This document shows positions 29,253 through 39,795 of a stretch of DNA of 64,000 bases, in pieces. A program made the translations under genes and the position numbers. A model generated the notes under the pieces. That model had not been told where the DNA came from, searched no databases, and saw nothing but the letters and a program-made list of their open reading frames with translations. The stretch's first letter is position 1; every line of letters begins with the position of its first letter. Source of the stretch: Bacteroidales bacterium (GTDB lineage Bacteria; Bacteroidota; Bacteroidia; Bacteroidales; UBA932). The stretch covers positions 20,580-84,579 of the forward strand of contig JAQXKS010000061.1 of the NCBI GenBank assembly GCA_029010575.1, read 5' to 3'.

Positions 29253-32200
29253 CTAAAATGCCGCGACTGCCCTCACATAGCTGATGACGCACTTGCCGTA
29301 GTTGACCAAGGTACCATTGCTGAAGTACATGTCCCACGCGTTGTTGGAGTTGTACTCCGAGGAGGCCCAATACCACGAACCCCAATCACTCAATAATCCA
29401 GCAGCTTTGGCTTTAGCAAAAATGGCATGTGGTGTACCAACAGTATAACCCTTGCTATGATACCAATACATTCTGGCCAACTCTCCAGCACTCGGTAAAT
29501 ACCACTTATGAGCTTTGAATTTATCAGACAGAATTTCCCCTTGTCGCGTTACTGTAGGCTGATATGCGTAACAATACGAAGCTGCGGGGTAATAATACTG
29601 ACGATACTTTGCGACATTATCATTAGCTGCAATTACAGCTGCAATCAAAGTATCAAGATTTTCTTTCTCAGTTTGAGTGGAATTAGCTCCAGGAATAGGC
29701 AGATTGATACCGCTATCATTCAAAATATGGTTGCGGTGATTAATAATCTTCAGTGTTTTGGCCATACCACTTGGAATCTTATCGCCTACGGCATAAGGCC
29801 CAAGTTCCTCTGTCAAAGTTACCAGTCGAATATCTCCAGCCGCAACAGTATCTGCAAATATCTTGAAGCCCTGGGAGTCACCAGTATTTGTTTCATCACG
29901 GTAGTTTTCATCGGTCACATAACTTGTGGCCATACCACCTGATGTGATATTGGTAATTGTAACCAAATCATAAACACTATATGAAGGATCATCGCTAAGG
30001 GTAATGCCAGCCAATCCATTAGTAGCATCATTGTATAAACCCCATGCTGTTGGAGCTACCGCATCCTTCAAAGCCACCATCCTACGATCAGTTGGATCAT
30101 CGGGATTAATATAGAAACAGATTCCAATCACCGTTTTGTCTAAATCCAAATCATCAGAGTATGAGCCATCAGCATATACATAATCGCCAACTTCTGCGGG
30201 GCGATCATAAATACCGACTGATTTAGATGCACTAATTGTTGAATACGAGCCATTTTCCAAACATTCAACTTGTGCTTCAACTGTAATGAAGTCGCGCTCA
30301 CTGGAAAGGGACTGTACATGCAAGATACCCGATGCTGAATTCATTGAAATTACTCCATCCAACGAAGGTTCTGTCGCATGCCAAGTAATTTTAGTGAAAT
30401 TATTAGCATATTTAGACGATGGAGACAATGTATAAGGATAGTCCTTGTTAGCCTCATGCGTATAGGTATTACCTGCTACATTAACGCCAGTCAAGAATGT
30501 TTTGTTGTAGTGCATCAAAAGCCCAGCATATTCTGGAGAATTTGCATCATCAACATTGCCCCACTTTTGCAATATCTTGATCTTCATTGCAAAAGTAATG
30601 GTTGATTGCACACCCGTTTCAGCCATTGTTATTTCTCCGGCCAAATTACAATTAGGAATCGTTGTTAGCCAATTAAGCATATTTGTAGATGCAGCTGGCC
30701 AATTCAAATTCTCTATTTTGATTGTAGAAATTGGAGCATTGGCATTATAGGCCCCAAATACCATTGAATAAGTATTAAAAGAACCAATGTTTCGACCAAT
30801 TTTGATAGATGATAAATATTCATATCCGTCCAAAGTTAATGAACTCAGATTTGGAACATTATCAATACTCAACAATGTCAATTTGGCGGGCAACTGGACA
30901 GTTGTCAGATTCTCAGACTCAGGCAGTGTAACTTCTACGAAGCTTGTACCAGAAAGTTTAATTGTATTGGCTCTAATCAACTTACTTCCATCAAACGAAC
31001 CGCGAATACCAACGCATCCATTCAAATTGATTGAATTCAATCCTGTTGCGTTATCAATTACAAACTGCTGAGGGCGGAATGCTGGTACTTGTTCACCTGT
31101 TTCCTGGTCTGTATAGAATATGGAAGGATTAGCTATAAAAGAAGTCAAACGCTTACCCTGAAGGGTGAAGGTTGAATCTGCCTTACAACTAATATTTCCC
31201 ACATTGCCGAAACTACGATAATAGTTGGATGCAAAAATTGCCACGCCGGTATCACCATTTACATTACCCAAATTGAAATGATATGTTTCACCAGGAGCAA
31301 GTCTCACATGAGGATCAATAGTATTGCCTCCGATATTGGCAGTAGGATAGATATACTGATGAGGTGTGATGTCAATGGCATAAGCAGCCGTTGTGCCATC
31401 CGGATTCGGATACCCTTGGAAACCAAATGAAGCAGCGGTATCATCAAGACCAACCGAACCAGTAGTTGCATATTCAAAATCACCCCAGCGTGCATACGAT
31501 GCGGCATATACAAGCCTACGCTTCATATATTGTTTTTCGGATTCTAACTGATCGCCAAGAGACTGAGTAAGAGGAGGCACAGCACGGCCACCCGTTGAAA
31601 CAAAACCAAGAGATGCTGGGTATTCGTAACGGATACGGGCCTGTTCATTCCAAGCAATAGCTGGGAAGTATCTTTGGACATTGAAGAAATACTTATGGAG
31701 GAATCCCCAAGGAGTAGTTTTCTGCGTCTGGGTGAGATCTCCCAGGTCATCGTTAGCACTTACCAAACTACACATTGCAGTAAATATGGAGTGCATCATG
31801 TCCTGAAGTTCGCGGGTGTTCTCATACATTAATTCACAAAGATTGAACAAGGTATTTGCCCCACCTTCATAAAGTGAAATGTTGCTACCTTCCGCATACG
31901 GGTGCATACGGTCAATGTAATACGGCTTAGTATTGCGACCTGTATTATCAGTAGGCAAGATAGTATCAAGGTCATCCTGATGCAGCTCAAATAGTTTAGT
32001 GGCCGGATCGATGACATAATAGGTATTTTTCGAGCAGTTGTCCGTTCCAGCGAGGAAGAAGTTTACATACGCATAATGGAATTGGAGGGAGCGTACATTA
32101 AAATGACTTCCGATATTTTGTTTGGCATGTACCACCAAGGCATCAATAAAGGCTTGATTCAAAGTTGCATAGTTACTTTGGTTATCGGCGGTAATTGCTC

Positions 32201-35200
32201 CAGAAGTAATCGGATCAGTCTGAAGATTACGAACTTCATAAGCTCCAGACTCAGGTGTGCCTTTCCACATACCAGCATGAACCCAAGTTTCCGTCACCAT
32301 ATCATAACGGAACAAGCAATACTTATAAGTACCTTGGGTGAGCCAGTAAGCCATTGTTTGATCAAGGGCCGTATCAACCATAAAGTTTTCATAAGTATTG
32401 TTATAATAAGTTATTCGAGGGTTATGCCAATAAAGGAAATTCCAAGCTGCTGAAATCAAAGCTACTGTGGAATCTATTGGAACCTTAACCCCATCAACCT
32501 TGTGCGTCATGGATTTGTCAAGGTCAATATTAACCGACTCTGCATCAGGATAGCCCCAACCATCTACCTCTCCATCTGAAACATGCGCCTTAACATTGTG
32601 ATCCCAAGGAACACGCATATCTGTAAGCGGGTAGTTATTCTCAGCACCCTCAATCATACAAAAATCAGTATGTGCTGAATTCTTTTTGTCGAATCCCCAA
32701 GTAACATCATCCATCTTGCCAGGGCCAAATGTACATGCCCCACGATATACCGGTTCATCGGTTTCTTTCTCCTGTACAAAGAAGAAGAATGGCTCCGTAT
32801 ATTTAGCGACTCTCGCCTTGTTAGCAGAAGTCTGAAGGGAATTACGACCAACTACAGCGGTATGGAGATCGTTATAAGAACTTACACCTCCGCAAAGATG
32901 ACTGTGCATCGATGAAGCATAATTAATCTTGTTGACCATCTTCTGACCAAGGGGAACGCTCGCCGCAACTTGATAACCATTACCACGATACATTCCATTG
33001 CCATCAATCCAACCATCTACAACATTGATAGATTCCCCATCTTCATTGATGCTGTATGTACCGCTTATGTTGCCGCCCGTAAGAGTAACTGTTCCATCTC
33101 CATTATTTACAACGGTGATAGAGTTGTGAATCTTTGATAACAAAACAGGTATCTTAAACTCAACATCCTTAATTTTGGTCTGAAGGTTGGAATAAAAGTA
33201 TGTGTTTGCCGTAGAGCCTTGACGAGATACCACCAGACAAGATACGCTGTTGTCTTCCAGATAAGCAAGATAGGAATCCTTACAAATTGTACCTGAATAT
33301 TCAGGTAAATAGTTGCCGTTAGAATCATACTGATAAATTTCCCAATAGCCCTTCTGCTTAGACGAAAGCATCTGATACGGTTCTACACCATGCCAGATAA
33401 GCACACGCTTGCCATTGCCACGCACACCAGCTACAGAAATCAATCCGGTTGCTTCATCAGTGATTGCATTTTCTTTGCGGACTTGCAATTTATCGGCAGA
33501 AGTAGGCAGCGTAGCAATATAGTTCTTTATAATATTGGTAGCTGAAAGCTGTTTATTCGTATAACATCTCAGCGAATATATATCAATGTCAGCAGAATCA
33601 GAACCGATAACGATACCCCCGTTGCTCAATGCTGCTGAGCAGAATTCATTGTAACGATTGGTGGCGAACTGGAACTCACGATTAACCTTGCCGTTAATGA
33701 GTACGCGCACCAAACTCATAGGGGTGGCTCCGGTCTGGGCAACGACTGAGTGGTTGATATTGATGCTGATATGTGTTCGTACATCTTCACGCCAAGACCA
33801 ATCCTGCTGTGCTTCTACATTGTTTGATGTAGTAAGCAAGAAACCCCTCATTGCATTCATACGAAGGCCTATCATCGTACCGGCAGCATTTGTTTCGTTG
33901 ATTCCCAAGATCTGATTGTTCTCAGGATCCGTTACATTGCGCACTTTGAAGTCCATTTCAAAAGTCATGGATGATTCAGGGTTACTCAGATATTGTGCGA
34001 ATGGATTATACTCAATAGTTATCCTTTGCCCGGCCAATACTCGCAATACTTTCTGGCTGTCATCGCTACTTACAATCCATCCATCATTTACACCTGAAAA
34101 ACCTACCCAAGTAGAAGGAATAACCGCATTGTTATTGCGAGCATTTAGAATTCTCTGATAGTTGGCTTCAGAATTGTTACGAACTTTCGGATTAAGCAAG
34201 AAAGTGGAACCGCTGGTAGGTGCAAATGAATCAGAGTTATCTACCGTAATACTCACCATGTCGCTGCCAGTGGAATCAGCCAAAATGTCTGACTTACCAA
34301 CAACTTCACCATCTATGTTGGTAATCATACGCCATACATGCAAATATGCGTCATAGCTGGATGCTTCTTCTGCACTTTCAGAAGCGGGTTCGATTTCCAC
34401 CGTCACATTCAAATCATTTCGCGTATTAGTATGCACGATTTCCTCCACTCTTAGATACTCTACCAAATTAGCATCTGTCATAGCATCCTCAGAATAGTTG
34501 CTTATGATAAAAGCCAAATTCAAGCTGGCCTCTGTATCTAAAACAATTTGACCATTATCATCAATCTTCGGTACGAAAATGGCATAACCACAAAGAGATG
34601 TCTGTACATAATTGACTACCTCACTCTTCATCTCTTGAAGCATCAGATAGGATTTTGTACGCTGGGCTTCAGTTGCTGTTTCATTGTTAATGACCATAAA
34701 ACGATTGACCAGCAAATCACTGGAAATCGTATTGCCATCACCATCCTCGCAAGTCAGCCAGGCGGTCACGGTATGAACTCCATGTGTCAAAATGCCATAT
34801 CCAGTTTGCTCTGCAATCACGCGGGCAAAGTTTTCAGTAGTATATTGTGTAGTCCCCAACTCATATTCCAATATCAGATCCTGTGTAAAACCAGATATTT
34901 TTACATGAAGGGTTTTGTTTACTGCACCATAAACCTGATAGGCAAACGAGAAGCCTCCATCAGCCGCATTAATAGGCACATTGTAATTTTGCTGATTGAC
35001 AACATATAATGAAGTCAATACGATACTACTGAAGACCAATCGTCCAGTAACCCCCGTTTCAAGACCTGTGGCCTGAATACGCACTTGGTTCGAACCGGCA
35101 GAAAGATATTGGGTAATGTCATACTCAGTATAGCTATTAGGGTTATCCGGATCAAAGGTAAATCCCTGTGTTGAAGCCTGGAAGGAACCCTTAGTTATCC

Positions 35201-35573
35201 ATTCACCTACAGAATACACCTGTATCTGTACATTTACTATTTCAGCAGTATCAGAGCCACCTTGCACTGAAGTGAACCTCAAATGCACCTTAGCCTTGCC
35301 ATCAGTTTTGATAATACTGTCCGTATTATCAGGTGTCAGGATAGACACTGTTGTATCAGCACCCGGAAGAGTGATGATATTATTGATAGGATCGTAAGGC
35401 GTTGTTCCCTGTACCACTCGGTAAACCGCCTTGCGCTTCACTTCAATCATATCATTCTGCAACTCTATAGCTGCATTGATAAGAGTATTGAACTCTGCGG
35501 CTGACAGTTTACCGGCTGGGGTTGTACCGCCGTTTTCGACCTTACCAAGTAAGTGAGAAATGTCGATTGCCAT
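29253..35573 (-). CDS. giant multi-domain tail fibre / adhesin, DGR target (CotH-like region, LRRs, C-terminal DUF1566/C-type-lectin-like VR domain)
   Basis: 2106-aa ORF. GTDNCSKNTYYVIDP..ELHQDDLDT (CotH-like). NLTTVQLPAKLTLLSIDNVPNLSSLTLDG (LRR). HKWYLPSAGELARMYWY..WYWASSEYNSNNAW (DUF1566-like), ending in VR. Confidence 0.75.
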   Translation of the reverse strand: MAIDISHLLGKVENGGTTPAGKLSAAEFNTLINAAIELQNDMIEVKRKAVYRVVQGTTPYDPINNIITLPGADTTVSILTPDNTDSIIKTDGKAKVHLRFTSVQGGSDTAEIVNVQIQVYSVGEWITKGSFQASTQGFTFDPDNPNSYTEYDITQYLSAGSNQVRIQATGLETGVTGRLVFSSIVLTSLYVVNQQNYNVPINAADGGFSFAYQVYGAVNKTLHVKISGFTQDLILEYELGTTQYTTENFARVIAEQTGYGILTHGVHTVTAWLTCEDGDGNTISSDLLVNRFMVINNETATEAQRTKSYLMLQEMKSEVVNYVQTSLCGYAIFVPKIDDNGQIVLDTEASLNLAFIISNYSEDAMTDANLVEYLRVEEIVHTNTRNDLNVTVEIEPASESAEEASSYDAYLHVWRMITNIDGEVVGKSDILADSTGSDMVSITVDNSDSFAPTSGSTFLLNPKVRNNSEANYQRILNARNNNAVIPSTWVGFSGVNDGWIVSSDDSQKVLRVLAGQRITIEYNPFAQYLSNPESSMTFEMDFKVRNVTDPENNQILGINETNAAGTMIGLRMNAMRGFLLTTSNNVEAQQDWSWREDVRTHISININHSVVAQTGATPMSLVRVLINGKVNREFQFATNRYNEFCSAALSNGGIVIGSDSADIDIYSLRCYTNKQLSATNIIKNYIATLPTSADKLQVRKENAITDEATGLISVAGVRGNGKRVLIWHGVEPYQMLSSKQKGYWEIYQYDSNGNYLPEYSGTICKDSYLAYLEDNSVSCLVVSRQGSTANTYFYSNLQTKIKDVEFKIPVLLSKIHNSITVVNNGDGTVTLTGGNISGTYSINEDGESINVVDGWIDGNGMYRGNGYQVAASVPLGQKMVNKINYASSMHSHLCGGVSSYNDLHTAVVGRNSLQTSANKARVAKYTEPFFFFVQEKETDEPVYRGACTFGPGKMDDVTWGFDKKNSAHTDFCMIEGAENNYPLTDMRVPWDHNVKAHVSDGEVDGWGYPDAESVNIDLDKSMTHKVDGVKVPIDSTVALISAAWNFLYWHNPRITYYNNTYENFMVDTALDQTMAYWLTQGTYKYCLFRYDMVTETWVHAGMWKGTPESGAYEVRNLQTDPITSGAITADNQSNYATLNQAFIDALVVHAKQNIGSHFNVRSLQFHYAYVNFFLAGTDNCSKNTYYVIDPATKLFELHQDDLDTILPTDNTGRNTKPYYIDRMHPYAEGSNISLYEGGANTLFNLCELMYENTRELQDMMHSIFTAMCSLVSANDDLGDLTQTQKTTPWGFLHKYFFNVQRYFPAIAWNEQARIRYEYPASLGFVSTGGRAVPPLTQSLGDQLESEKQYMKRRLVYAASYARWGDFEYATTGSVGLDDTAASFGFQGYPNPDGTTAAYAIDITPHQYIYPTANIGGNTIDPHVRLAPGETYHFNLGNVNGDTGVAIFASNYYRSFGNVGNISCKADSTFTLQGKRLTSFIANPSIFYTDQETGEQVPAFRPQQFVIDNATGLNSINLNGCVGIRGSFDGSKLIRANTIKLSGTSFVEVTLPESENLTTVQLPAKLTLLSIDNVPNLSSLTLDGYEYLSSIKIGRNIGSFNTYSMVFGAYNANAPISTIKIENLNWPAASTNMLNWLTTIPNCNLAGEITMAETGVQSTITFAMKIKILQKWGNVDDANSPEYAGLLMHYNKTFLTGVNVAGNTYTHEANKDYPYTLSPSSKYANNFTKITWHATEPSLDGVISMNSASGILHVQSLSSERDFITVEAQVECLENGSYSTISASKSVGIYDRPAEVGDYVYADGSYSDDLDLDKTVIGICFYINPDDPTDRRMVALKDAVAPTAWGLYNDATNGLAGITLSDDPSYSVYDLVTITNITSGGMATSYVTDENYRDETNTGDSQGFKIFADTVAAGDIRLVTLTEELGPYAVGDKIPSGMAKTLKIINHRNHILNDSGINLPIPGANSTQTEKENLDTLIAAVIAANDNVAKYRQYYYPAASYCYAYQPTVTRQGEILSDKFKAHKWYLPSAGELARMYWYHSKGYTVGTPHAIFAKAKAAGLLSDWGSWYWASSEYNSNNAWDMYFSNGTLVNYGKCVISYVRAVAAF
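29259..29367 (-). repeat. DGR variable repeat (VR), last 37 codons of the 2106-aa ORF
   Basis: Counterpart of TR. It differs only at TR-adenine positions. The stop codon lies 3 nt after the repeat end. Confidence 0.9.
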
Positions 35574-35591
35574 AATTGTACAATTTTATAA

Positions 35592-38012
35592 TTAGAAACT
35601 TATCGGGAAGTCGTATGTGAACATATCGGTTGTAGAAACAGTGCAAACGAAATAATCCTGACTACTAAGAATATAGTCAAGAGTTATTTCGGAAGCGGTT
35701 CTGTCAATTGCAGGTCTTATAACCTCACCATTTTCATCAACCTGGGCTTGATACCAATTAGTATCCTCATTTTCAACATCTGGGAGCGTGTACTTATGCC
35801 ACATAAAGGCAAACCCTTCATAATCAGTAATCGGTGTACCACGATACAGTATTTGTGCTTTTAAGGTAGTCTGACACGAGCCGTTGTGAAAACTGGTTCC
35901 ATTTTCAGATGTGATTTCAACAGTATAACCGGCTACATATAGTTTGCGGAGCGTAATCGAATCATAACAATTTGTATTTACGATTGTAGCAACAATTCTT
36001 AAATTGATACAATCATCTTCATCCCATAAATCCGACTGGGGTGTAATTTCAATGGAAGAGTCAGTTGCGCCCTCAATATCTTTCCAACCTTCGGCTGTCA
36101 AATATTGCCATTGATAAGTAGCTTCATCCAGCGTAAAATTGAAGATATTGATACCGAAATTTAGGGTTGCTGGGCTATATGCGTCCAATCCAGAATTACC
36201 ACCCTTAATGACTACAAGCGTATTGTTACCAACAATTTTAACACTCTTGCTCTTCAGTTCTTTCTGAACTTCCGAAGAAAAGTTATTCCAATTAAGTTGA
36301 ACATGTTCCCCAAAGACCACCTGACCATCTTCATCCCAACTAATATTAGCATTAGCCAGATAACCGGAACCGTCAAGGCGTAATAAGAATGAATTAGTAC
36401 GAGTTCCAATGCTACCTTGACCATCAAAGTTCAGTTTAAGTAAAGGATTCTGGATAGTTCCACCGATACCTCCACGATTAAACCACGCTCCATAATCTTC
36501 TGTTTCATTCAGAATCTCATCTGTGGCCTGATATTGAGAAACCATACTTCCAGCTTCCAACTGAGGCGCGGCAAACATAAAAGAGTCCTCATACTGAATA
36601 CGGGTATCTGCCGCTATCACTGCTGGATCACTGGATATGGCATCCGCACTTTCTTCGCTAAATTCTGGAATGAGTGTGAAATCCAGAGCCTCGGAATTCA
36701 AAGTGGGAGCTAATATTTCAAAGGATACACTATGTCTTTGCCAAGAATGTATTTCACTGGAATCTACCTGAATAGTACCTATAAGAAAACTATTCTGCTT
36801 CACGACAATCTGGCAAGGGTTGTTGGCATATACCCAAAATGATAAGCAATACTTTTGTCCTATGTGTGCTCCATACCACTCACGAGTTTGGGCCACGACT
36901 GTGGTTTCGTCTTTCAGTCGATATACATTGCCGATTCCTGTCGGGTTATTTACAGTAGTATCGGCTCCAATTTCATTTACAAAATTTGGTTCAATCGAAT
37001 TTACGAATACATTGCGATGTATCTTTCCAGCATAAAAAGTTGAGCCAAAACCATTTTCATCTCCGGCTGTCAATGTTCCAGAAATATGGGCAGAGCCGGA
37101 AGAGAATATCTTCTGAAGGTAGCCTCCATATCCACTCAATTTTCCGAAAACGGGATCTGTAATACCGTTCAACTTACCAACCCTAATCTGGCTTCCATCG
37201 CCGAATTGTGCAATGCTGGAAAGTAGAATAATATTGAAATCTGCAATCCAGACTTCATCATCTTCATTCAAATCGGGCATTTCAATCTTTACAGAACGCA
37301 AATGTCTTCCAGACCAATCTACTGTTATGGCGTGCAATTGATATGACCATTCCTTTCCAACATTCACACCCACGCTTCCATCCACGCGTACACCATCAAC
37401 ATACTCCAATGAAGTTGTAGCCCCAATCTCTTTTGATGCCTTAATTTTATAAGAAATCAGCACCCTATTAGGATTTGCTACATACTTATAAAAGTCCTGT
37501 TTAAGAGTAAGTGTACCTCCAGATGCGTTACGAGTTAGATGCAATACCCTGGAATTGCCATCTAATGTTTTAATATACTGGGTGGCAGCTAATGAGGCAT
37601 CTTCCAAGATATACTGTGATTGAGAATCCAAGTTATTACTAATTGCCACATTGACTGGCCAACTCAAACTTGCATTCCTGCCAATGCCATCAATCACATC
37701 CATATAGGGAGCCTCACTGTCATTAGCTGTAAGATATAACGCCCCAGAACGGTCAGTATCAAAAAGGCTGGTAACTCTTACAAAGTCAAGAAGCTCATTC
37801 TGGCGTGGTGCATCGCCCTCCAGCAATGCTCCAATGAAATACGGCTTTTGATTTGTGTCTGTTCCTGTTTCAAGAACGCACATCAAAGAATATATCGTGC
37901 TTGTGCCATCGAAATACTGCCTTCTGACAATATCTCCAACACAAAGCCCTTGCGTCTTCTTTGAATCAGGCCGAAGGGCGATCTTGTATTTTTTGTATGC
38001 AAAGACTGACAT
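35592..38012 (-). CDS. large tail fibre/baseplate-associated structural protein
   Basis: 806-aa ORF in the fibre block. No decisive motif. Confidence 0.4.
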   Translation of the reverse strand: MSVFAYKKYKIALRPDSKKTQGLCVGDIVRRQYFDGTSTIYSLMCVLETGTDTNQKPYFIGALLEGDAPRQNELLDFVRVTSLFDTDRSGALYLTANDSEAPYMDVIDGIGRNASLSWPVNVAISNNLDSQSQYILEDASLAATQYIKTLDGNSRVLHLTRNASGGTLTLKQDFYKYVANPNRVLISYKIKASKEIGATTSLEYVDGVRVDGSVGVNVGKEWSYQLHAITVDWSGRHLRSVKIEMPDLNEDDEVWIADFNIILLSSIAQFGDGSQIRVGKLNGITDPVFGKLSGYGGYLQKIFSSGSAHISGTLTAGDENGFGSTFYAGKIHRNVFVNSIEPNFVNEIGADTTVNNPTGIGNVYRLKDETTVVAQTREWYGAHIGQKYCLSFWVYANNPCQIVVKQNSFLIGTIQVDSSEIHSWQRHSVSFEILAPTLNSEALDFTLIPEFSEESADAISSDPAVIAADTRIQYEDSFMFAAPQLEAGSMVSQYQATDEILNETEDYGAWFNRGGIGGTIQNPLLKLNFDGQGSIGTRTNSFLLRLDGSGYLANANISWDEDGQVVFGEHVQLNWNNFSSEVQKELKSKSVKIVGNNTLVVIKGGNSGLDAYSPATLNFGINIFNFTLDEATYQWQYLTAEGWKDIEGATDSSIEITPQSDLWDEDDCINLRIVATIVNTNCYDSITLRKLYVAGYTVEITSENGTSFHNGSCQTTLKAQILYRGTPITDYEGFAFMWHKYTLPDVENEDTNWYQAQVDENGEVIRPAIDRTASEITLDYILSSQDYFVCTVSTTDMFTYDFPISF

Positions 38013-38013
38013 A

Positions 38014-39795
38014 TCAATTCAATATTTCTTCTACGGTATCTCCGGAGCAAGAATCGCTTACCCACAAAGAACCATTGGTTGCTGATATTTTTTGCACCTC
38101 CAATTCATAGATGCGCATCTTTTTACGGATTGTGAGATTATCGAATGTGGCTTCATAGCCCCCATACAAAGCATTCTGATTAATAGCCCAGCCATATCCA
38201 GCGAAACCACTTGCAAATTGCTGGGTACTGAGACTGCCGGAGAAGAATGCGTTTCCATGTATGGACATTCCTCCCTCTACTCCTTCAATCCACACTCCGT
38301 CATCCAAGAATAGGGTATTCTCAATCAAGCGAGTTTTGTAATTCTCACTCTTTATTGAAAATTCTACACCCTCAACTGGTTTTGCGAATGCGAAAAATTC
38401 ACTATCTGTATCAAACTGGGTGGTTGCAGACCATGGTAAAGAGAGGTCTCTAAATTGAGAAGTAGTTTTAATATTTTGAATGGTTATCGGAACCATTGCT
38501 GAATGGCTCTCACCATTGGAATCCACATAAGTATATGGACTTGCTAATTCAAATATGCCTTCCTCTCCACTGATATATGGCCCCTCCGATGTCCCAAGGC
38601 GCAACTTCCTCTGAAATACTACACCCATATCTGTTGCCGAGGCATAGTAGGTCTGCATCACAGTAGGCCCACTGTTCCCGCATCCGGCACTAAATGAATT
38701 TGGGAAATTACCATCTCCAGACTTACTTATTATACGATAAGCACTGGAAGCGTTGTAAATATCTGATTGCAAGGCAATATGAGTAGTTGCCGTTGTACCA
38801 TCGCTATCACCCAGATTAAGAATCTTACCAGGAGCAGAAAACGATACAACATTTTCAGAGCCTGACCTTACCTTAATGATATACTTGTCCTGAAACTTTA
38901 TGCCATAGCCTGTGAGAATATCCAGATCTGAAGCGAGTTTGATAATTGGTCTGCCATCACTTTCGCTGTCATATACAGAATATAGAATCTGGGTGTCATT
39001 ATCTCCCAGGGAGAATCCGTATTTTGCAGAAAACAAACCTTTCAATGTGGTCGTGCCATCAACCTGGAAAGTTCCATAGGCGTGACCATCTTGCATCGAC
39101 CAATTTACAGTGCTCAGGTTACTGTTGCCAGCGTGATAATATTCGTTGTCACCAAAGAATATCCCACTTTCCGTAATGGAAATGCTACCTATAGCAATGC
39201 CGGTCAATTCGATATTTCCATCAAAAATAACTTTATCGCTATTGATATGTAACGCGCCATCATTAGCATCCAAATACAACACTTCGGTACTGCCAAAGTA
39301 TAGGCCCTGATCTTCAGCAATGGTCAGTTTACCTTTAATATTAACATCTTTATCTACCTTTAGGGTTCCGTGAACAAGTGCTGTATTATTCTTAACAGTA
39401 TCCCTTTCCAGTTCAAAAATAGCAACATTATCAACACCCGCCTTAAACCCATATAATGCGGCCAATGAGCCAGACATTGAGTCTCCAGCACGAAGGATAC
39501 AATTAGCCCCTCCACTTACAGCTCCAGAACCTCCTTCTCCAACTACAGCCAATATAGCAGTAGCATAGAGATAGGCTGAATTCTTCATTAAAATTGTAGA
39601 ATAGGAACTTAATCCGGCATTTATTGCGGCCTGATCCACCTCACCCTCTTCAGTAAGCGGAGGATTCTCCAAATAGTTGGGGGCATCAACCTGATTAGCG
39701 GCAACCATTCCGTTGTACAATCTTGAATACAGATCGTACAAAGCTGAACTGGTATCAAGCTGACTTTCGTTGAAATTTAATTGTGCTGCTGCCAT
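38014..39795 (-). CDS. tail fibre/baseplate structural protein
   Basis: 593-aa Gly/Ser-rich ORF with a C-terminal segment FAGYGWAINQNALYGGYEATFDNLTIRKKMRIYELEVQKI. Assigned by position. Confidence 0.4.
   Translation of the reverse strand: MAAAQLNFNESQLDTSSALYDLYSRLYNGMVAANQVDAPNYLENPPLTEEGEVDQAAINAGLSSYSTILMKNSAYLYATAILAVVGEGGSGAVSGGANCILRAGDSMSGSLAALYGFKAGVDNVAIFELERDTVKNNTALVHGTLKVDKDVNIKGKLTIAEDQGLYFGSTEVLYLDANDGALHINSDKVIFDGNIELTGIAIGSISITESGIFFGDNEYYHAGNSNLSTVNWSMQDGHAYGTFQVDGTTTLKGLFSAKYGFSLGDNDTQILYSVYDSESDGRPIIKLASDLDILTGYGIKFQDKYIIKVRSGSENVVSFSAPGKILNLGDSDGTTATTHIALQSDIYNASSAYRIISKSGDGNFPNSFSAGCGNSGPTVMQTYYASATDMGVVFQRKLRLGTSEGPYISGEEGIFELASPYTYVDSNGESHSAMVPITIQNIKTTSQFRDLSLPWSATTQFDTDSEFFAFAKPVEGVEFSIKSENYKTRLIENTLFLDDGVWIEGVEGGMSIHGNAFFSGSLSTQQFASGFAGYGWAINQNALYGGYEATFDNLTIRKKMRIYELEVQKISATNGSLWVSDSCSGDTVEEILN

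Noticed and set aside
19351-39795. A second DGR variable repeat in one of the other fibre genes
   Set aside because: I looked for the invariant part of the repeat (gttgttggagttgtactccgaggaggcc) and the encoded SSEYNSNNAW / YVRAVAA motifs among the ORF translations. Only the TR and the single VR turned up. This was a by-eye search and is not exhaustive.
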